Shown: positions 1 to 10,160 of the stretch, piece by piece
Layout of the letters: each line of letters opens with the position of its first letter
Position numbering within the stretch: position 1 is the first letter of the stretch
Assembly: GCA_019058295.1 (NCBI GenBank)
Contig: JAHPZI010000028.1
Span: 128,001 to 192,000, forward strand
Length of the DNA: 64,000 nucleotides
Direction of reading: 5' to 3'
DNA from: Promethearchaeota archaeon
GTDB lineage: Archaea > Asgardarchaeota > Lokiarchaeia > Sigyniarchaeales > SOKP01
The notes under the pieces: model-generated
Seen by the model: the letters and a program-made list of their open reading frames with translations, nothing else
Database searches by the model: none
What the model was told of the DNA's origin: nothing
Position numbers and translations under genes: made by a program

Positions 1-364
1 TTAATATTATTTTGTCCATAGTTAATCCATAGAAATTAAATGTAAAATATAGTCTATTGACCATCCAAAAGTAATAAAAATGCATGAGAAAAAGTGTTAT
101 AAGACCAGATATCACGAGTATCTTTCCCTCCTTTGTTAAACATAAAACACCATTAACTAATATTAATAAAGTAAACACCAATCCAATAATATCAAATATG
201 AATAAAACAAAGGTTCCGAATCCAGTCACTAATAATAAACCACCAATCCAATAGAAAATTAGTATAGGTGTTCCATAATATCCTGCAATCAACATTATAG
301 GGATAAATACTGAAATAAGTTCCGTTATCCCTGCTATTTTCCCCAATATTCCCATCTTTTTCAC
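1..364 (-). CDS. Multi-pass membrane protein, partial (runs off window edge); probable paralog of 49980..50462
   Basis: Not in ORF track. Manual translation from GTG 364/ATG 355 gives MGILGKIAGITELISVFIPIMLIAGYYGTPILIFYWIGGLLLV..., open to the window edge. Shares ISVFxP, YWxxG and DxxG with the 49980 protein. Confidence 0.75.
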   Translation of the reverse strand, partial: MKKMGILGKIAGITELISVFIPIMLIAGYYGTPILIFYWIGGLLLVTGFGTFVLFIFDIIGLVFTLLILVNGVLCLTKEGKILVISGLITLFLMHFYYFWMVNRLYFTFNFYGLTMDKIIL

Positions 365-392
365 TTTTATCGTTATAAATTCATTATTAGAT

Positions 393-1376
393 TCAAAATT
401 CTAATTTGGATTTTGCCTTTAAATTATTTAAATATAATTTTATAAGAAAATAAACTACAATACCTATCAGTAAGAAACTCACTAAGCTTATTAAGCTTAA
501 TACAATCATAATTCCAAAATTCGAAGGTAAATTAATAGTTTGAAGCGAAAATTCACATATAAGTTCTTTTTTCTTATTAAAGACTTGAAAATTCACCATA
601 AATCCTTGCTCATTATAATCTGCTTCAAATCTGAAATCTTCATTTGGAAGTGTATAGTGTCCAAAATCGAAATGTTCCTCTTCAATTTCCGCTTTTAAGG
701 TAAATTTATGGACTTTATAATCATCTCCAAAGACCATATTCTCCAAATAATCATCAGTCGGAGTTGGAAGCCAGAGAGGTATCCCAAAATCATAATAATG
801 GAATAAATAATAATAATCTAACAAATCGTCAGTATCGGTATAATACATACCATCTGAAATTTCAATATATTCATCAAAGAATGTGCTGTGCTTATCATTA
901 GTAATCGAAGGTGGTGTATAATCGTAAGGCATTAATAGTTCAATATCTTCACCCAAATATGTAGGATCCGTATATACGTAAGTAAATGCATCTTCTTCAT
1001 CTGCTCTACCCCATTCAGCATCCATTGTCCATTTCCATAATTTAAATTTTAGTTTAAATACATCTCTATAAAGATATTCGCTTTCTTCTTCTAAATCTTT
1101 GATATACCATCTCATTTTTGCCCCCTGTTCAATATTCTTCCAAAATCCATAGTCATTCCAATCAGGTGTATCCCTTTCAAAATCATCTTCAGGATCAAAA
1201 ATATCACTCATCTCACTTTCATCACATACACTACAAACCCAAATAACCTCACTATCTTCAATAGTATGAGTACTAGTGTAATTATACCCATGAACTATAA
1301 TTATATTTATATAAAATGTACAAATACAAATGCAAACAAAAAAGAATATCGCCAGAATATCTCTTGATCTCATCAA
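393..1376 (-). CDS. Hypothetical acidic extracellular protein with N-terminal signal and C-terminal TM anchor
   Basis: Hydrophobic N-terminus, D/E/Y/W-rich body, C-terminal TM helix followed by a basic tail. Confidence 0.75.
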   Translation of the reverse strand: MMRSRDILAIFFFVCICICTFYINIIIVHGYNYTSTHTIEDSEVIWVCSVCDESEMSDIFDPEDDFERDTPDWNDYGFWKNIEQGAKMRWYIKDLEEESEYLYRDVFKLKFKLWKWTMDAEWGRADEEDAFTYVYTDPTYLGEDIELLMPYDYTPPSITNDKHSTFFDEYIEISDGMYYTDTDDLLDYYYLFHYYDFGIPLWLPTPTDDYLENMVFGDDYKVHKFTLKAEIEEEHFDFGHYTLPNEDFRFEADYNEQGFMVNFQVFNKKKELICEFSLQTINLPSNFGIMIVLSLISLVSFLLIGIVVYFLIKLYLNNLKAKSKLEF

Positions 1377-1384
1377 ATTTCATC

Positions 1385-2509
1385 TCATTTTTTTTTTCCT
1401 AACACCTTCCATTTTTTAAGGATAATTATTGTAATTAATCCGGAAGTAATGATTAGAACGCCGTATAGAATTGATGGATCATAACTACTAATTGTTTTAC
1501 TTTTGTCTTTAAACTGCTCATTTTTTACACTATTTATTATAAGATTATTAATATATGTATTATTTTCACAAGGGGGACCCCCCCCATAATACCATATAGT
1601 ACCAAATCCCTCCTCATTATCAATTAATATATTGTCTTTAAATAGACTATTATGGGTCTCATATATACTAATTCCAGTATCAGTCTCAACTATAAAATTT
1701 GCTTCAATCGTTAAATTATTATTATTATCATAAAGTTCAATTCCACACCAAGCTTCACCAAATATTTGATTAAATGAAATTTCGGTATGTTGGACATATC
1801 CACATCCAATTCCTATAACACAACTAGATATTGTATTATCTGTTAAAAAAGAATTAATCGAATCATATATATCGATTCCAGTGGATGGGCCATTTATTAC
1901 ATTCCCATTAATATCAAGATTATCAGAATTATATCCTCTTATTCCTTTTAAACCCGAAGAAAAGTAAAAATATCCGTCAAGGATGAATTCAATAATATTA
2001 TCAGAAATATTATTGTTATCACTGTTCTGCAAATAAATCCCCACCGAGTCCCACGTCAAATAACTCGACTTAATATAACAATTTCTAATCTCACCATTTG
2101 AAACACTATCAAATCTTATCCCTGTTTGCTTTTGTAGAATTGTACAATTTTTAATTCTAAATGATTCAATAGAATTAGCTATACGTATACCAATTCCAAA
2201 ACTTCCTATCAATGTTATATTTTCAAGTATATAAACTCCATCAACTTTAACACACCAATCTTGTGCCTCTGCCCATGACCAATTACCATCTCCAGCTCCA
2301 CCCGAATCGTCAATGTATATAGAAGTTAATGTCCAAGACCCAGATGATTTTGGAGATATTAAATTATTATCCTCATCGTTTTTGTTAAGTAAATCATTCT
2401 GAACTATATCATTATCTTCTGATATAATTATATTGTTCAAAGAACTTATAATTAGTATGATAGAACTTAAGATTATTGCAAGCTTAATAAACTGCTTCTT
2501 AATTCTCAA
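1385..2509 (-). CDS. Cell-surface right-handed parallel beta-helix (NosD/CASH-like) protein with Loki-CTERM-like sorting tail
   Basis: Repeats of GIxLxxSxNNxIxxNxI; signal peptide; C-terminal ISSYD + TM + KK tail resembling the I[PS]GY[DN]-TM-basic Loki-CTERM pattern. Confidence 0.8.
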   Translation of the reverse strand: MRIKKQFIKLAIILSSIILIISSLNNIIISEDNDIVQNDLLNKNDEDNNLISPKSSGSWTLTSIYIDDSGGAGDGNWSWAEAQDWCVKVDGVYILENITLIGSFGIGIRIANSIESFRIKNCTILQKQTGIRFDSVSNGEIRNCYIKSSYLTWDSVGIYLQNSDNNNISDNIIEFILDGYFYFSSGLKGIRGYNSDNLDINGNVINGPSTGIDIYDSINSFLTDNTISSCVIGIGCGYVQHTEISFNQIFGEAWCGIELYDNNNNLTIEANFIVETDTGISIYETHNSLFKDNILIDNEEGFGTIWYYGGGPPCENNTYINNLIINSVKNEQFKDKSKTISSYDPSILYGVLIITSGLITIIILKKWKVLGKKK

Positions 2510-2623
2510 TGATTTTTACCTTTCTAATAAAATAATAATAATTTAAATTTCATAATATTTATATATTTACAAATTTGAAAAATAAATATATAAACTGATT
2601 AGAGTCTTAATTCAAAAAAACAA

Positions 2624-2839
2624 GTGATTATTATAACTAAAATTTCAACGTATATAGGAATTGTTTTGATTTTAATTGGAACTATGATAGCATTTTTGGG
2701 TATTACTCTTATATTTTTTAATTTATATCTTATAATAATTCCTGGTTTTCCCACGATTGTAACAGCTTATGCTGAACTGTCTATCGGATTCGCTATTATC
2801 GCTTTAGGTATAATTTTAATGATATTTATAAAGAAATAA
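2624..2839 (+). CDS. Small two-TM membrane protein
   Basis: 71 aa, two hydrophobic helices, basic C-terminus. Confidence 0.65.
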   Translation: MIIITKISTYIGIVLILIGTMIAFLGITLIFFNLYLIIIPGFPTIVTAYAELSIGFAIIALGIILMIFIKK

Positions 2840-2930
2840 ATGTCAAGGTTGCTTAAAGTGTGAAAGCAATCAAACCAATAAAATTCGATGGTTAGACATA
2901 GTTTTAAAATTATCTTTCTTCTCTTTAGCT

Positions 2931-3356
2931 CTAAACTACTGTTAATCCTATAATTAATAAAGAGATTATTATAAATATTATAAAACCAACAATCAGTCCA
3001 ATTATCAATAAATAAACCAAAATTTTAATGACAAACAATAGAGATACAATGTATTCTTGCTTGTAAAGTTTTGAAGCTAAAAATGAGCCTATAAATATAT
3101 GTATCAAGAAGGAAATTATGAAAGCAAGAAATATACCGTAAGCTATGAAATTGAAAATTGTATAGAATATTATATTTATACCTAACCAAAGGATATTTAG
3201 TATAATAGCTGGTTTGTAGGACTCATCCAGATTTTTCCTTGCGGCAATCCATTTTGTAATAAAAATTCCTATTATAAAGATTATTATTGAAGCGATTATT
3301 ATTATAATGGAGTCAAAAATAATATTCCCTGTAATAAATGCACCTTGCTCAATCAT
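2931..3356 (-). CDS. Hypothetical 4-TM membrane protein
   Basis: Four hydrophobic segments; start overlaps the afpA stop (ATGA, 3353-3356). Confidence 0.75.
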   Translation of the reverse strand: MIEQGAFITGNIIFDSIIIIIASIIIFIIGIFITKWIAARKNLDESYKPAIILNILWLGINIIFYTIFNFIAYGIFLAFIISFLIHIFIGSFLASKLYKQEYIVSLLFVIKILVYLLIIGLIVGFIIFIIISLLIIGLTVV

Positions 3357-3904
3357 TTTTCCAATTTTTGTAAAATAATACGTTTTATTTCTGAAAAATC
3401 TGAAATTACAATAATCCCTTCCATTTTTTTTAATTTATTGACGTTTTCAATTTCAATATCCCTGATCTTCAGAATTAAAGGGCTCCCATCTGGTCTGGAG
3501 GTTACGATTGGTTCCAAATGTTGATCTGATGGAAATAAATAGACTATTACACCACCCTTTATTGCTTGGGCAACACAATTCGTAATTAAGGTATCAGCAA
3601 TTCCATAGACAATTTTAGCTACGGAGTTAGCAGACACAGGGCAAACCAAGAAAAGTTCATACTTTCCTAGCTGTAGTGGTCCGGCAAGAAATGGATTATT
3701 CGGTGTCTTTTCAACTTTTACTTTCTTTACAACTTCATTCAAATACTCCCATTGTTTATACCACTTAACTACCACAGCTCCTTCTTTTGAGAGCATAACA
3801 GTTATATCAATTTGCTCCCTGAATTCATTCTGTAGAGCTTTCATTAAATCTATAGATTCTTTTATAAGATAACCAGTTCCACATATCCCCCAAATGAGTT
3901 TCAT
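3353..3904 (-). CDS. afpA: Archaeoflavoprotein AfpA (HFCD flavoprotein family)
   Basis: IWGICGTG, LSKEGAVVVKWYK, PFLAGPLQLGKY and PVSANSVAKIVYGIADTLITN match AfpA family motifs. Confidence 0.85.
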   Translation of the reverse strand: MKLIWGICGTGYLIKESIDLMKALQNEFREQIDITVMLSKEGAVVVKWYKQWEYLNEVVKKVKVEKTPNNPFLAGPLQLGKYELFLVCPVSANSVAKIVYGIADTLITNCVAQAIKGGVIVYLFPSDQHLEPIVTSRPDGSPLILKIRDIEIENVNKLKKMEGIIVISDFSEIKRIILQKLEK

Positions 3905-4040
3905 ATTGATCTTTCTCGATTATTTTTTGATTTGTTAAATATAATTATTATCTTTTTAAAAAAAACTATACTTATAATATCTTAGAAGAATTCATAATTA
4001 TTTTAACATTTAAAATCCTATTCAAAGTTAACTTTAAGAA

Positions 4041-5285
4041 TTGATTGAAATGACCGATTCAGCATATGTATATTTAGATTATAATGCGACAACTCCAATG
4101 GATCCAAGAGTTATTGAAGTAATTCAAAAACATTTTAAAGAAACTTATGGAAATGCCTCAAGTTTACATGCGGCTGGTCAAAGTGCCCGCCAAGTAATGG
4201 AGCAATCCAGAGAAACAATTGCTTCTTTAATTAATGCCGATAAGGACGATATATTTTTCACATCTTCAGGAACAGAAGCAGATAATCTCGCAATTAAAGG
4301 TGTTGCCTTCAAATGCAAAGATCGTGGTAATCATATTATCACCTCATCTATAGAGCATCATGCCGTTGAAAATACCTGTAAGGAGCTCGAGAAGGGTGGA
4401 TATAAGGTAACTTTTTTGCCTGTTGATAAATATGGCTTAATTGATCTAAACGAATTGGAAAATTCTATAACTGAAAAAACAATTTTAATAACTATTATGT
4501 TCGCCAATAATGAAATTGGCACTATAGAACCAATTAAAGAGATTGGCACAATCGCAAAAAAACATGATATAATTTTTCACACAGATGCCGTTCAAGCTGT
4601 AGGAAAAATTCCTATAGACGTAAATAAAATGAATATAGACATGTTATCTTCGAGTGCTCATAAACTTTATGGTCCTAAGGGTATTGGTATGCTCTATATC
4701 CGAAATAAAGGTAAAAGGGAAGGTTGGGGAAAATATATTGAACCACTTTTGCATGGAGGCGGACATGAAAGAAAAATGAGACCGAGTACTGAAGCAGTTC
4801 CCTTAATTGCTGGTTATGCAAAAGCGATTGAACTTTGCAAAGAAGATATGACAAAAGAAATGGAGCGACAAACAAAACTACGGGATAAAATTATTAAGAC
4901 CGTGACTGAAAATATAGAAGATTCTTATTTGAATGGACACCCAACTCAACGTCTTCCTAATAATGTAAATTTAGGATTTAAGTTTATTGAAGGGGAATCG
5001 ATTTTGCTTAGTTTAGATATGGAAGGTATAGCAGCTAGCACGGGATCGGCATGTTCTTCAAAGTCATTGGAGGCTTCTCATGTATTATTGGCAATTGGTC
5101 TAAAACCAGAAGAAGCGCATGGTTCATTAAGGATTTCATTTGGAAGATTTACAACTGAAGAGAATATTGATTATTTTCTTGAAAAATTACCCCCAATCAT
5201 TGAACGATTGAGGAAGATGTCTCCACTTAAAAAAGGAGTTAAATACATGTTTGATGAAAGCTCAGAATCAGGGCATCATCATTGA
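4041..5285 (+). CDS. iscS: Cysteine desulfurase IscS/NifS (start possibly ATG 4050)
   Basis: YLDYNATTP, HTDAVQ, SAHKLYGPKG (PLP lysine), STGSACSS (catalytic Cys). Confidence 0.95.
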   Translation: MIEMTDSAYVYLDYNATTPMDPRVIEVIQKHFKETYGNASSLHAAGQSARQVMEQSRETIASLINADKDDIFFTSSGTEADNLAIKGVAFKCKDRGNHIITSSIEHHAVENTCKELEKGGYKVTFLPVDKYGLIDLNELENSITEKTILITIMFANNEIGTIEPIKEIGTIAKKHDIIFHTDAVQAVGKIPIDVNKMNIDMLSSSAHKLYGPKGIGMLYIRNKGKREGWGKYIEPLLHGGGHERKMRPSTEAVPLIAGYAKAIELCKEDMTKEMERQTKLRDKIIKTVTENIEDSYLNGHPTQRLPNNVNLGFKFIEGESILLSLDMEGIAASTGSACSSKSLEASHVLLAIGLKPEEAHGSLRISFGRFTTEENIDYFLEKLPPIIERLRKMSPLKKGVKYMFDESSESGHHH

Positions 5286-5377
5286 TTGAATTACGAAAAA
5301 AGAAGTATAAAATATTTTTTTAATTCAATCTATCTTTATTATTCTTACTATAAACATTAAATTAGATAGTGGTGTAA

Positions 5378-6232
5378 ATGAAGGATTATAATAGTATTAA
5401 GGTAAAAGAAAGAGAAGATGGTATTTCAATCCTTACTTTCAATAGACCAGAGAGTTTGAATGCGATAAATTTTGAGTTAACACATGAAATGATAGATTAT
5501 CTAAATAGTCTCGAAAATAATCTTGCTATTCGTGTTTTAATTCTTACTGGAGAAGGACGCGGATTTTCATCTGGATTGGACTTGAAAGAAAGTCAAATTG
5601 CACTTAAACCAGCTAAAAAAATTCCTGAAGAATATTCCAGATATGAATATCTGTTTGCAAAAGATAAAATTAAAAGAAATATCGTTGCTCAGAAGATACT
5701 ATCTGAAGTCATGATTCTTCTTAGAAAAATACCTCAACCCGTAATCGCTGCTGTGAATGGTGTGGCATATGGAGGTGGTCTGGGTTTTGCACTTGCATCA
5801 GATATTAGAATAGCAGGAGAGAGCGCTAAATTTTGCAATGCATTTATTAATATTGGAGTGTCTGGAGCAGATATGGGAAGTTCATATTGGCTTCCTCGTC
5901 TTATTGGATTTTCAAGGGCTGCAGAATTTATGTATACAGGGAGAGCTATGGATGCCCAAGAAGCAGATAAAATTGGGCTGGTTTCACGAGTTGTAGCAGA
6001 TAATAAATTGCTCGAAGAGGCCATTGCTGTAGCCCAACAAATCATAGGTAAAAGTCCAATGGGAGTTCGATTCACTAAAGATGCGTTAAATGCGAATGTT
6101 GATGCACAATCACTTGAATCTGCGATTAAATTAGAAAATAGATCTCAGGTTATATGTCTAAACACAAAAGATCTCCTCGAAGGAGTATTTTCTGTTTTAG
6201 AGAAACGCAAACCTAATTACGATGAATGGTAA
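5378..6232 (+). CDS. Enoyl-CoA hydratase/isomerase (crotonase family)
   Basis: LTFNRPESLNA, FSSGLDL, PVIAAVNGVAYGGG, ASDIRIA. Confidence 0.92.
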   Translation: MKDYNSIKVKEREDGISILTFNRPESLNAINFELTHEMIDYLNSLENNLAIRVLILTGEGRGFSSGLDLKESQIALKPAKKIPEEYSRYEYLFAKDKIKRNIVAQKILSEVMILLRKIPQPVIAAVNGVAYGGGLGFALASDIRIAGESAKFCNAFINIGVSGADMGSSYWLPRLIGFSRAAEFMYTGRAMDAQEADKIGLVSRVVADNKLLEEAIAVAQQIIGKSPMGVRFTKDALNANVDAQSLESAIKLENRSQVICLNTKDLLEGVFSVLEKRKPNYDEW

Positions 6233-6347
6233 TTGGTAAATTAAATATGCAGATTATATCTTATAACATGATACTTTAAAAATTTATAAATCTTTTTTAC
6301 CTTTATTTAATAAGAAATTCGAAATTTACTTAGTTTGTTACGATCCA

Positions 6348-7289
6348 ATGCTCAATGAAGACGAGATTTTTAGGGAGAATTACAGAAAAATAAGATTAAT
6401 ATGCCCAAGATGTGGAAAAGAGAAGTTCTTGAAAATTCCCATGGAACTGACTAACCATAGTGAAAATATAACAACAATTTCAATTCCCTCTGATTTTGTA
6501 TGCGAACACAGCTTTCAGGCGTTTATAGATAAAAATTTTGCCGTAAGAGCATATCATAATGCCGATTTTGAAATTACTAAAATCGAATTCTATGAAACTG
6601 AATCTATAGATAAGGAAGGGATTGTATCCTATACATTATCCCAATTAATAAAAAATATTGTTGAGATTTTAAGAGAATCATTAATAGATAAAGAAATTTT
6701 AGGGAGTGCAATATTTAATTTAGAAGGAAAAGTAATGTATTCTTCATTACCTGATGAAATCTTTGTAATTATGGCAAGCCAACTAGAGCAAATGGAGAAA
6801 AAGCAACCAATTAATATAAAACAAACAATATTGTTGTTAGAAAATAACCAAAAAATATATTCAACAATAGTTCAACTTAAAGAGATCACTTTAAATCTTG
6901 TTTTGCTTATGTCTTCTGAGCTTAATTTAACTGAAGCGAATAGTTATTTAGAAAATTTAATCGTCAAAATTATCGATTTAGATCGTCCTAAAAAAAAAAT
7001 AGCTAAAATAGTTAAAAAAGATAAAAAATTAGAACAACCACCAAACCAATTTTGGATCTATTCTAAGGTGAACTATTCCTCTTCAAAAAATGGTGATAGG
7101 GTCTATATTGATTCTTTAGGCATTAGAGTCTTGAAATCAGTTATCGTTAACCTTGATGATATTAAAGATAATCCAGAATTTGAGGGAAAAATTTATTTTA
7201 CGCAAAAATACGTCAATTTAATGCAAGGATTAGCATTAACCCTTAAAGATGCGGCAAGTTTTTTGAATAAATTAAATAAAATGCCTTAA
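6348..7289 (+). CDS. Zn-finger (CxxC...CxH) plus roadblock/longin-like domain protein
   Basis: N-terminal CPRC...CEHSFQAFIDKNFAVR; central ILGSAIFNLEGKVMYSSLP resembles roadblock/LC7 strands (inference). Confidence 0.6.
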   Translation: MLNEDEIFRENYRKIRLICPRCGKEKFLKIPMELTNHSENITTISIPSDFVCEHSFQAFIDKNFAVRAYHNADFEITKIEFYETESIDKEGIVSYTLSQLIKNIVEILRESLIDKEILGSAIFNLEGKVMYSSLPDEIFVIMASQLEQMEKKQPINIKQTILLLENNQKIYSTIVQLKEITLNLVLLMSSELNLTEANSYLENLIVKIIDLDRPKKKIAKIVKKDKKLEQPPNQFWIYSKVNYSSSKNGDRVYIDSLGIRVLKSVIVNLDDIKDNPEFEGKIYFTQKYVNLMQGLALTLKDAASFLNKLNKMP

Positions 7290-7314
7290 TCACATAAATC
7301 GAGTTAATTTTTCT

Positions 7315-7950
7315 TTAGAAATTTTCTTTAGGATCCTCTTTTTGCTGGATTGCTAAGTTTCGGATATCCTTTAGTTCTTCTCTTTTTTTAGTTAATGAAA
7401 TTACCTCATCAAAATATTTATTTGCTTTATCGATATTTCCAATTCTACGATTTATTTCACCCAATAAATATAATAAGGGATAGAAATGGTCGCTTGGTAT
7501 TTGTCCTTTATCGAATGCGATTTCGTAATATTTTATAACTATTTCACCAAACCGCTTCTCTTCTTCAATACTCATTGACCACCAAAAAGGATTTAACCAA
7601 CTTTCTGCTAATTCATATTCATTTGATTCTACAATGCCAAACTTATTTAAGATTTCTAATGTCTGACATGCTCTTTCTAGTTTTTGCGGTAATGTATGTT
7701 CTTCTAACGGGCCTAATCCAAAAATTTCTTTCTTAACGTCCTCATTCTCAATTTTTATTTCAAATATTTGTCTTGGACCACAAAATCCACAAGGACATAA
7801 ATGAAAGAAATACTCAACTGGATTGAACCCCCAATAATTCGGTCGAAAGTCGGTACGTTTGTTAGCGAACCCACAACTAGCGATTTCATTACTTTTAAAT
7901 GATTTCCCGCACACTGAACAATTTAAAATAATTGGAGCAAAAGTTGTCAT
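7315..7950 (-). CDS. DUF2225-like Zn-binding/TPR-like protein
   Basis: CSVC...RTDFRP...NP...CPCG and C-terminal YLLGEINRRIG...A..YF. Confidence 0.8.
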   Translation of the reverse strand: MTTFAPIILNCSVCGKSFKSNEIASCGFANKRTDFRPNYWGFNPVEYFFHLCPCGFCGPRQIFEIKIENEDVKKEIFGLGPLEEHTLPQKLERACQTLEILNKFGIVESNEYELAESWLNPFWWSMSIEEEKRFGEIVIKYYEIAFDKGQIPSDHFYPLLYLLGEINRRIGNIDKANKYFDEVISLTKKREELKDIRNLAIQQKEDPKENF

Positions 7951-8221
7951 AAGTACAACAAGAAATTGTTGAATATTTAAATATTTGGGGGAAAAAGATG
8001 GGAAATCTTAATAAGATTACAATCTATTTCTTTTTTTTTCAAAAAACTAATTTTTTCAATTTTAAAATTCTAGGTAAATTAGATATTGATGATGAGATTT
8101 TTTGTAAGAACACTAACCTTGAATTCTAAATTTTTTTCATATAAAAGCAAAATTTTATAAATGCAAAAATGGCAATTTTTATTATCGAATTTAAATCAAG
8201 AAAAAATTTTGAGTAGAAAAA

Positions 8222-10048
8222 ATGAAATCGAATATGAAAGCAAAACTTATGTTGATATTTTTGTGCTCACTCATTTCACTCTCTTTTGTCTTTGGTAGTA
8301 ATATCGTTATTTATCCAGCTAAACTCAGCGAAAATCCAGTAAATACCAGCGAGCAGAATGTAGAAAAACCCCACTCTTCCACGAATGGGGCGTTCAAGAT
8401 ATATTACCCTGCCAACGGTACGGCATTAACAGACATTGACGATTTTGATTATCAGGGTAATACTATAATCAGTGATGGTGAAGGAGGTGCTATTATAGCA
8501 TACTGGAGTGTGGCTAATAATGATATTTATGCTCAAAAGATCACATCAAATGGAGATTTACCTTGGGGTTTGAACGGTGTAGTCATATGCAACGCATCTG
8601 GCATACAAGATTGGGTTACTCTCTGTACTGATGATGCGGGTGGCGCGATTATAGCATGGACAGATAATCGAGTGGGTACTGACATTTATGCGCAACATAT
8701 TAATTCAACAGGACATACACAATGGGGTGAATCTTGGTGGAGTCCAAACGATCGGAACGGCACGGTTATCTGCAATGCCACTGATGTTCAATTGAACCCT
8801 CAGATTTGCAAAGACGGGGCTAAGGGCGCAATTATAGCATGGGAAGATGAGAGAAATCCAACCAAGGAGATTTATGCGCAACGTGTGGATTCTAACGGAA
8901 TTACGCACTGGGGGGAATCTTGGTGGAGTCCAAACGATCGGAACGGGACGGTTATCTGCAACGCTACTATTTTCCGAGAGGAAATTCGGATTTGCAGCGA
9001 TGAGAGTAAAGGTGCGATTTTGACATGGTATGATAGAAGAACTGGTACTGATTGTATTTATGCGCAACGTGTGGATTCTGAAGGAAATACACAATGGGGG
9101 GAATCTTGGTGGGGTGGTCCTAACGATCGCAACGGTACGGTTATCTGCAACCATACTAGTTGGACAAATTTTCCTCAGATTTGTAAAGACGGGGCTAATG
9201 GCGCGATTATAGCATGGACAGATAATCGAGTGGGTACTGACATTTATGCGCAACGTGTGGATTCTGACGGAAAAACGCACTGGGGTGAATCTTGGTGGAG
9301 TGGTCCAAACGATCGGAACGGCACGGTTATCTGCGACGACACTGATAGCCAGGATTATGTATATCTTTGTGAAGACGGGGCAGGGGGTGCCCTTTTAACC
9401 TGGGAGGATGGTAGAGGAACTGATGATGTTTATGCCCAGCGAGTAGATTCTGATGGCAATACGCACTGGGGCGATGGAAAAGTATGGGTAGGGAAGCCAG
9501 ATCGTAACGGCACGCTTGTTTGCAACGCACTTGGCAACCAAGATATGCCTCAAATTTGTGCTGATGGGACAGGGGGGGCGATACTGGTGTGGAGTGATTA
9601 TAGGCACGGCTTTGATGATCATATTTATGTTCAACGAGTCAGTTCTGATGGCACGACGCACTGGGGTGATGGAAAAACGTGGGGAGGGAACCCAGATCGT
9701 AATGGCACCGCTATATTTAATGTGGCAGGAGTAGATGGATATACGGAGGATGAGGATCCCGAATTTTCTAATATCTGTAGTGATGATAACGGAGGCGCTA
9801 TCATCTTCTGGGGGGATGAGAGAAACGCTGGTTCTAATTTTGATCTATTTGCGCAACGAGTAAGAGGAGCAATTCTCCCTACAGGTGGCGGAGTACTTCC
9901 CGCTGGAGATGACGATGATGACGACGATGAGGATACGGGAATGGTGGTTGTAGTCGTAGTTATTATCATTATCGCGTGTGTTGGTGGAGTGGTTGTTGTC
10001 GTTATTGTATTAATTAAGAAGGGTGTAATAGGCACATCAAGAGGATAA
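8222..10048 (+). CDS. Membrane-anchored surface protein with ~8 tandem ~60-aa beta-rich repeats (likely beta-propeller)
   Basis: Signal peptide; repeats of ICxDGxxGAIIxWxDxR...DIYAQRVDSxGxTxWG; poly-Asp linker, TM helix and KK tail. Confidence 0.85.
   Translation: MKSNMKAKLMLIFLCSLISLSFVFGSNIVIYPAKLSENPVNTSEQNVEKPHSSTNGAFKIYYPANGTALTDIDDFDYQGNTIISDGEGGAIIAYWSVANNDIYAQKITSNGDLPWGLNGVVICNASGIQDWVTLCTDDAGGAIIAWTDNRVGTDIYAQHINSTGHTQWGESWWSPNDRNGTVICNATDVQLNPQICKDGAKGAIIAWEDERNPTKEIYAQRVDSNGITHWGESWWSPNDRNGTVICNATIFREEIRICSDESKGAILTWYDRRTGTDCIYAQRVDSEGNTQWGESWWGGPNDRNGTVICNHTSWTNFPQICKDGANGAIIAWTDNRVGTDIYAQRVDSDGKTHWGESWWSGPNDRNGTVICDDTDSQDYVYLCEDGAGGALLTWEDGRGTDDVYAQRVDSDGNTHWGDGKVWVGKPDRNGTLVCNALGNQDMPQICADGTGGAILVWSDYRHGFDDHIYVQRVSSDGTTHWGDGKTWGGNPDRNGTAIFNVAGVDGYTEDEDPEFSNICSDDNGGAIIFWGDERNAGSNFDLFAQRVRGAILPTGGGVLPAGDDDDDDDEDTGMVVVVVVIIIIACVGGVVVVVIVLIKKGVIGTSRG
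8641..9254 (+). repeat. Intragenic direct repeats, including an identical 56-bp copy (8641-8696 = 9199-9254)
   Basis: tggcgcgattatagcatggacagataatcgagtgggtactgacatttatgcgcaac occurs twice; GAATCTTGGTGG recurs four times (near 8730, 8915, 9100, 9290). Confidence 0.9.
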
Positions 10049-10062
10049 CCTCAAATTCAAGT

Positions 10063-10082
10063 CTTTTTTTTTTCTCTTTTTT
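10063..10082 (+). terminator. Oligo(T) archaeal terminator candidate
   Basis: T-tract about 15 bp after the 10048 stop. Confidence 0.5.
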
Positions 10083-10160
10083 GAAAGAAATAATTATTAT
10101 CATTCCTAAAATTGGTAATATCGTAAAAATTATTTTATTGGCGAGATTTTGTTTTAAATA

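Noticed and set aside
2840-2930. CQGCLKC in an intergenic frame as a ferredoxin remnant
   Set aside because: No start codon and no further similarity; compatible with chance.
8641-9720. Regularly spaced DNA repeats as a CRISPR array or DGR template/variable pair
   Set aside because: Repeats are in-frame protein repeats of ~185 bp period; there are no cas or reverse transcriptase genes and no adenine-specific mismatch pattern was evident.
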